NCBI GenBank assembly: GCA_017466375.1 | Contig: JAFTUH010000066.1 | Span: forward strand, 18,038 to 82,037 | From: Clostridia bacterium | Lineage (GTDB): Bacteria; Bacillota; Clostridia; Oscillospirales; CAG-272 | DNA: 64,000 nucleotides | Direction of reading: 5' to 3' | Part shown: piece after piece, positions 62,819 through 64,000 of the stretch | How positions within the stretch are numbered: the first letter of the stretch is position 1 | How the letters are laid out: each line of letters starts with the position of its first letter | Notes under the pieces: model-generated | What the model was told of the DNA's origin: nothing | The model's database searches: none | What the model saw: the letters and a program-made list of their open reading frames with translations, nothing else | Position numbers and translations under genes: made by a program

Positions 62819-63637
62819 ATGCGCGCTTTTTTCAATCTGAATATTCCCTTTTCGGCAGGGAGTTTTTCTGTTGTTTTTGATGACAGCTTCAGAGTCAATT
62901 CCCTGACAAAAGATCCGCATACGCATTCTCATACGCGCCTTGAGTTTCTGTACATACGAAAAGGCGCACTCCGCTTTTGTTCGGAACAAACGGAGTTCCT
63001 CTGTCCGCGCGGAAGCGTCTTGCTGACACCGCCCTCTCTGCGTCACACCATGTTCGCGGCAGATACGGGAACAGAAACATTCTCCTTTCTGTACGAACCC
63101 TTCGATATTCCCAAGGACGATCCCGTTTTTGATGCGCTCTGTGTCAAAGCCCCAATGCTTCTTACAGATATGCCAAACAGCTGCGAACGGCTGACACACA
63201 TCCGCGAGTATCTTTGCTCCCCTACGCAGGCGCATATGGAAAAAATCCGAGGCGAAACGATCCTGCTTCTGGCAGATATTGCCGAGGCGCTGCTTCCTGC
63301 CACGCCGATTACGGGAAGTACCACGGAGGAAAACCGCGCGGAACAGATCCAGTCATATCTGGCAGAAAACTGCTTTTCCGCCGAATGCTCCTGCCTCTCT
63401 CTGGCTGAGACACTCCACCTGTCTCCCCGTCAGGTACACCGTCTGTGTATTCAATATTACGGGAGACCGTTCCGCGCTCTCTTACACGGGGTACGCATGG
63501 ATATTGCCAAAAACCGCCTGCAGAACGATGATGTTTCCATTACTGCTCTCGCGGAACAGATGGGGTATTCCTCAGTTTCCTCCTTTTCGGCGGCATATAA
63601 GCGTTATTTCGGCTCCTCACCGACGAAGAAAAAGTGA
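62819..63637 (+). CDS. AraC family transcriptional regulator (cupin-like N-terminal domain plus HTH_18)
   Basis: ORF 62759-63637. ATG 62819 is downstream of the promoter and has GGAGG upstream. C-terminus GYSSVSSFSAAYKRYFGSSP. Confidence 0.85.
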   Translation: MRAFFNLNIPFSAGSFSVVFDDSFRVNSLTKDPHTHSHTRLEFLYIRKGALRFCSEQTEFLCPRGSVLLTPPSLRHTMFAADTGTETFSFLYEPFDIPKDDPVFDALCVKAPMLLTDMPNSCERLTHIREYLCSPTQAHMEKIRGETILLLADIAEALLPATPITGSTTEENRAEQIQSYLAENCFSAECSCLSLAETLHLSPRQVHRLCIQYYGRPFRALLHGVRMDIAKNRLQNDDVSITALAEQMGYSSVSSFSAAYKRYFGSSPTKKK

Positions 63638-63638
63638 T

Positions 63639-63669
63639 AAAAAAGACCTCCCGCGGGAGGTCTTTTTCT
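63639..63669. terminator. Bidirectional terminator between the AraC and histidine-kinase genes
   Basis: Stem AAGACCTCCC / GGGAGGTCTT, flanked by A5 and T5. Confidence 0.85.
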
Positions 63670-63681
63670 GTATCCGCTTCC

Positions 63682-64000
63682 TTACGCACGCGGGAATGAA
63701 ACGGTCGCCTTAAACAAATCTCCGTCTACGGTGATTCCGAACGTGCCGCCCTGCAGCTCCGTCAGACTGCGCGCAATCGAGAGTCCGAGTCCGCTTCCTT
63801 CCGTATGACGAGATGCATCCCCACGAACAAAGCGTTCGGTTAACTCCTCGCCCGTGACAGGCAATTCCACGGCGGAAATATTGCGGAACGCGATCTCAAC
63901 CCGCCCATCGCGAATCTCTGCGGTAAAATAAGCGCGCGTACCCGGCTGTGCGTATTTGCGGATGTTTGAAAACAGATTGTCAAACACACGCCACAGAAGC
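63682..64000 (-). CDS. Sensor histidine kinase, C-terminal HATPase_c part (5' end lies outside the window)
   Basis: N-box LLWRVFDNLFSNIRKYA, G-boxes GSGLGLSIA and GGTF. The frame stays open to the window edge, and the Met at 63987 is an internal Val codon. Confidence 0.85.
   Translation of the reverse strand, partial: LLWRVFDNLFSNIRKYAQPGTRAYFTAEIRDGRVEIAFRNISAVELPVTGEELTERFVRGDASRHTEGSGLGLSIARSLTELQGGTFGITVDGDLFKATVSFPRA

Overview
This is a densely coding chromosomal segment of Firmicutes/Clostridia type. The taxon is inferred from spoVG, SleB-type and SLH-like proteins, the yybS-gdpP-rplI-dnaB block and TGnTATAAT-style promoters. My spot counts of single 60-nt lines gave 53-67% GC in core genes. 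All family calls come from reading motifs in the supplied translations; no search tool was run.

Gene content, left to right:
- CBM9-like protein, esterase, ThrE-family exporter, ClC channel, a truncated IS1182/IS5-type transposase remnant, murD.
- yybS-like gene, gdpP, rplI, dnaB.
- A Big_2/SLH-like surface protein with an aromatic-proline repeat, then tRNA-Leu(CAA) and a Gfo/Idh/MocA oxidoreductase.
- A ZTP (pfl-motif) riboswitch with terminator in front of an FNT channel, a PurO-like IMP cyclohydrolase and fhs, followed by purC.
- A somewhat lower-GC stretch holding a 512-aa sigma-70-family protein and a membrane protein plus XRE/TPR-like regulator. It is delimited by three copies of one terminator hairpin.
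- AEC transporter, flavin reductase, spoVG, murC.
- DeoR regulator plus an E2-E3-fused-E1 2-oxoacid dehydrogenase, an orphan B12-radical-SAM gene, and an aldo/keto reductase with an Fe-S domain.
- A split Na+-translocating oxaloacetate-decarboxylase operon, then recG.
- A GrpB / PPase-like / Nudix fusion, an S1-domain protein, YitT, CorA and a Ca-type P-ATPase.
- A roughly 1.2-kb, roughly 40% GC two-gene cassette flanked by perfect 39-bp direct repeats.
- SleB-type hydrolase, an orphan solute-binding lipoprotein and a serine hydrolase.
- ECF sigma / anti-sigma / lipoprotein, then MBOAT plus a DHHW protein.
- GH-like protein, RpiB-like isomerase, AraC regulator and a partial histidine kinase.

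I saw no CRISPR array, rRNA, intact IS, integrase or prophage. Most of the window is ordinary housekeeping.

The items most worth a second look are:
- the repeat-bounded low-GC cassette;
- the modules bracketed by terminator repeats;
- the composition of the ZTP-controlled operon;
- the triple-domain fusion.

Several very long antisense ORFs (up to 1425 aa) are codon-usage shadows, not genes.
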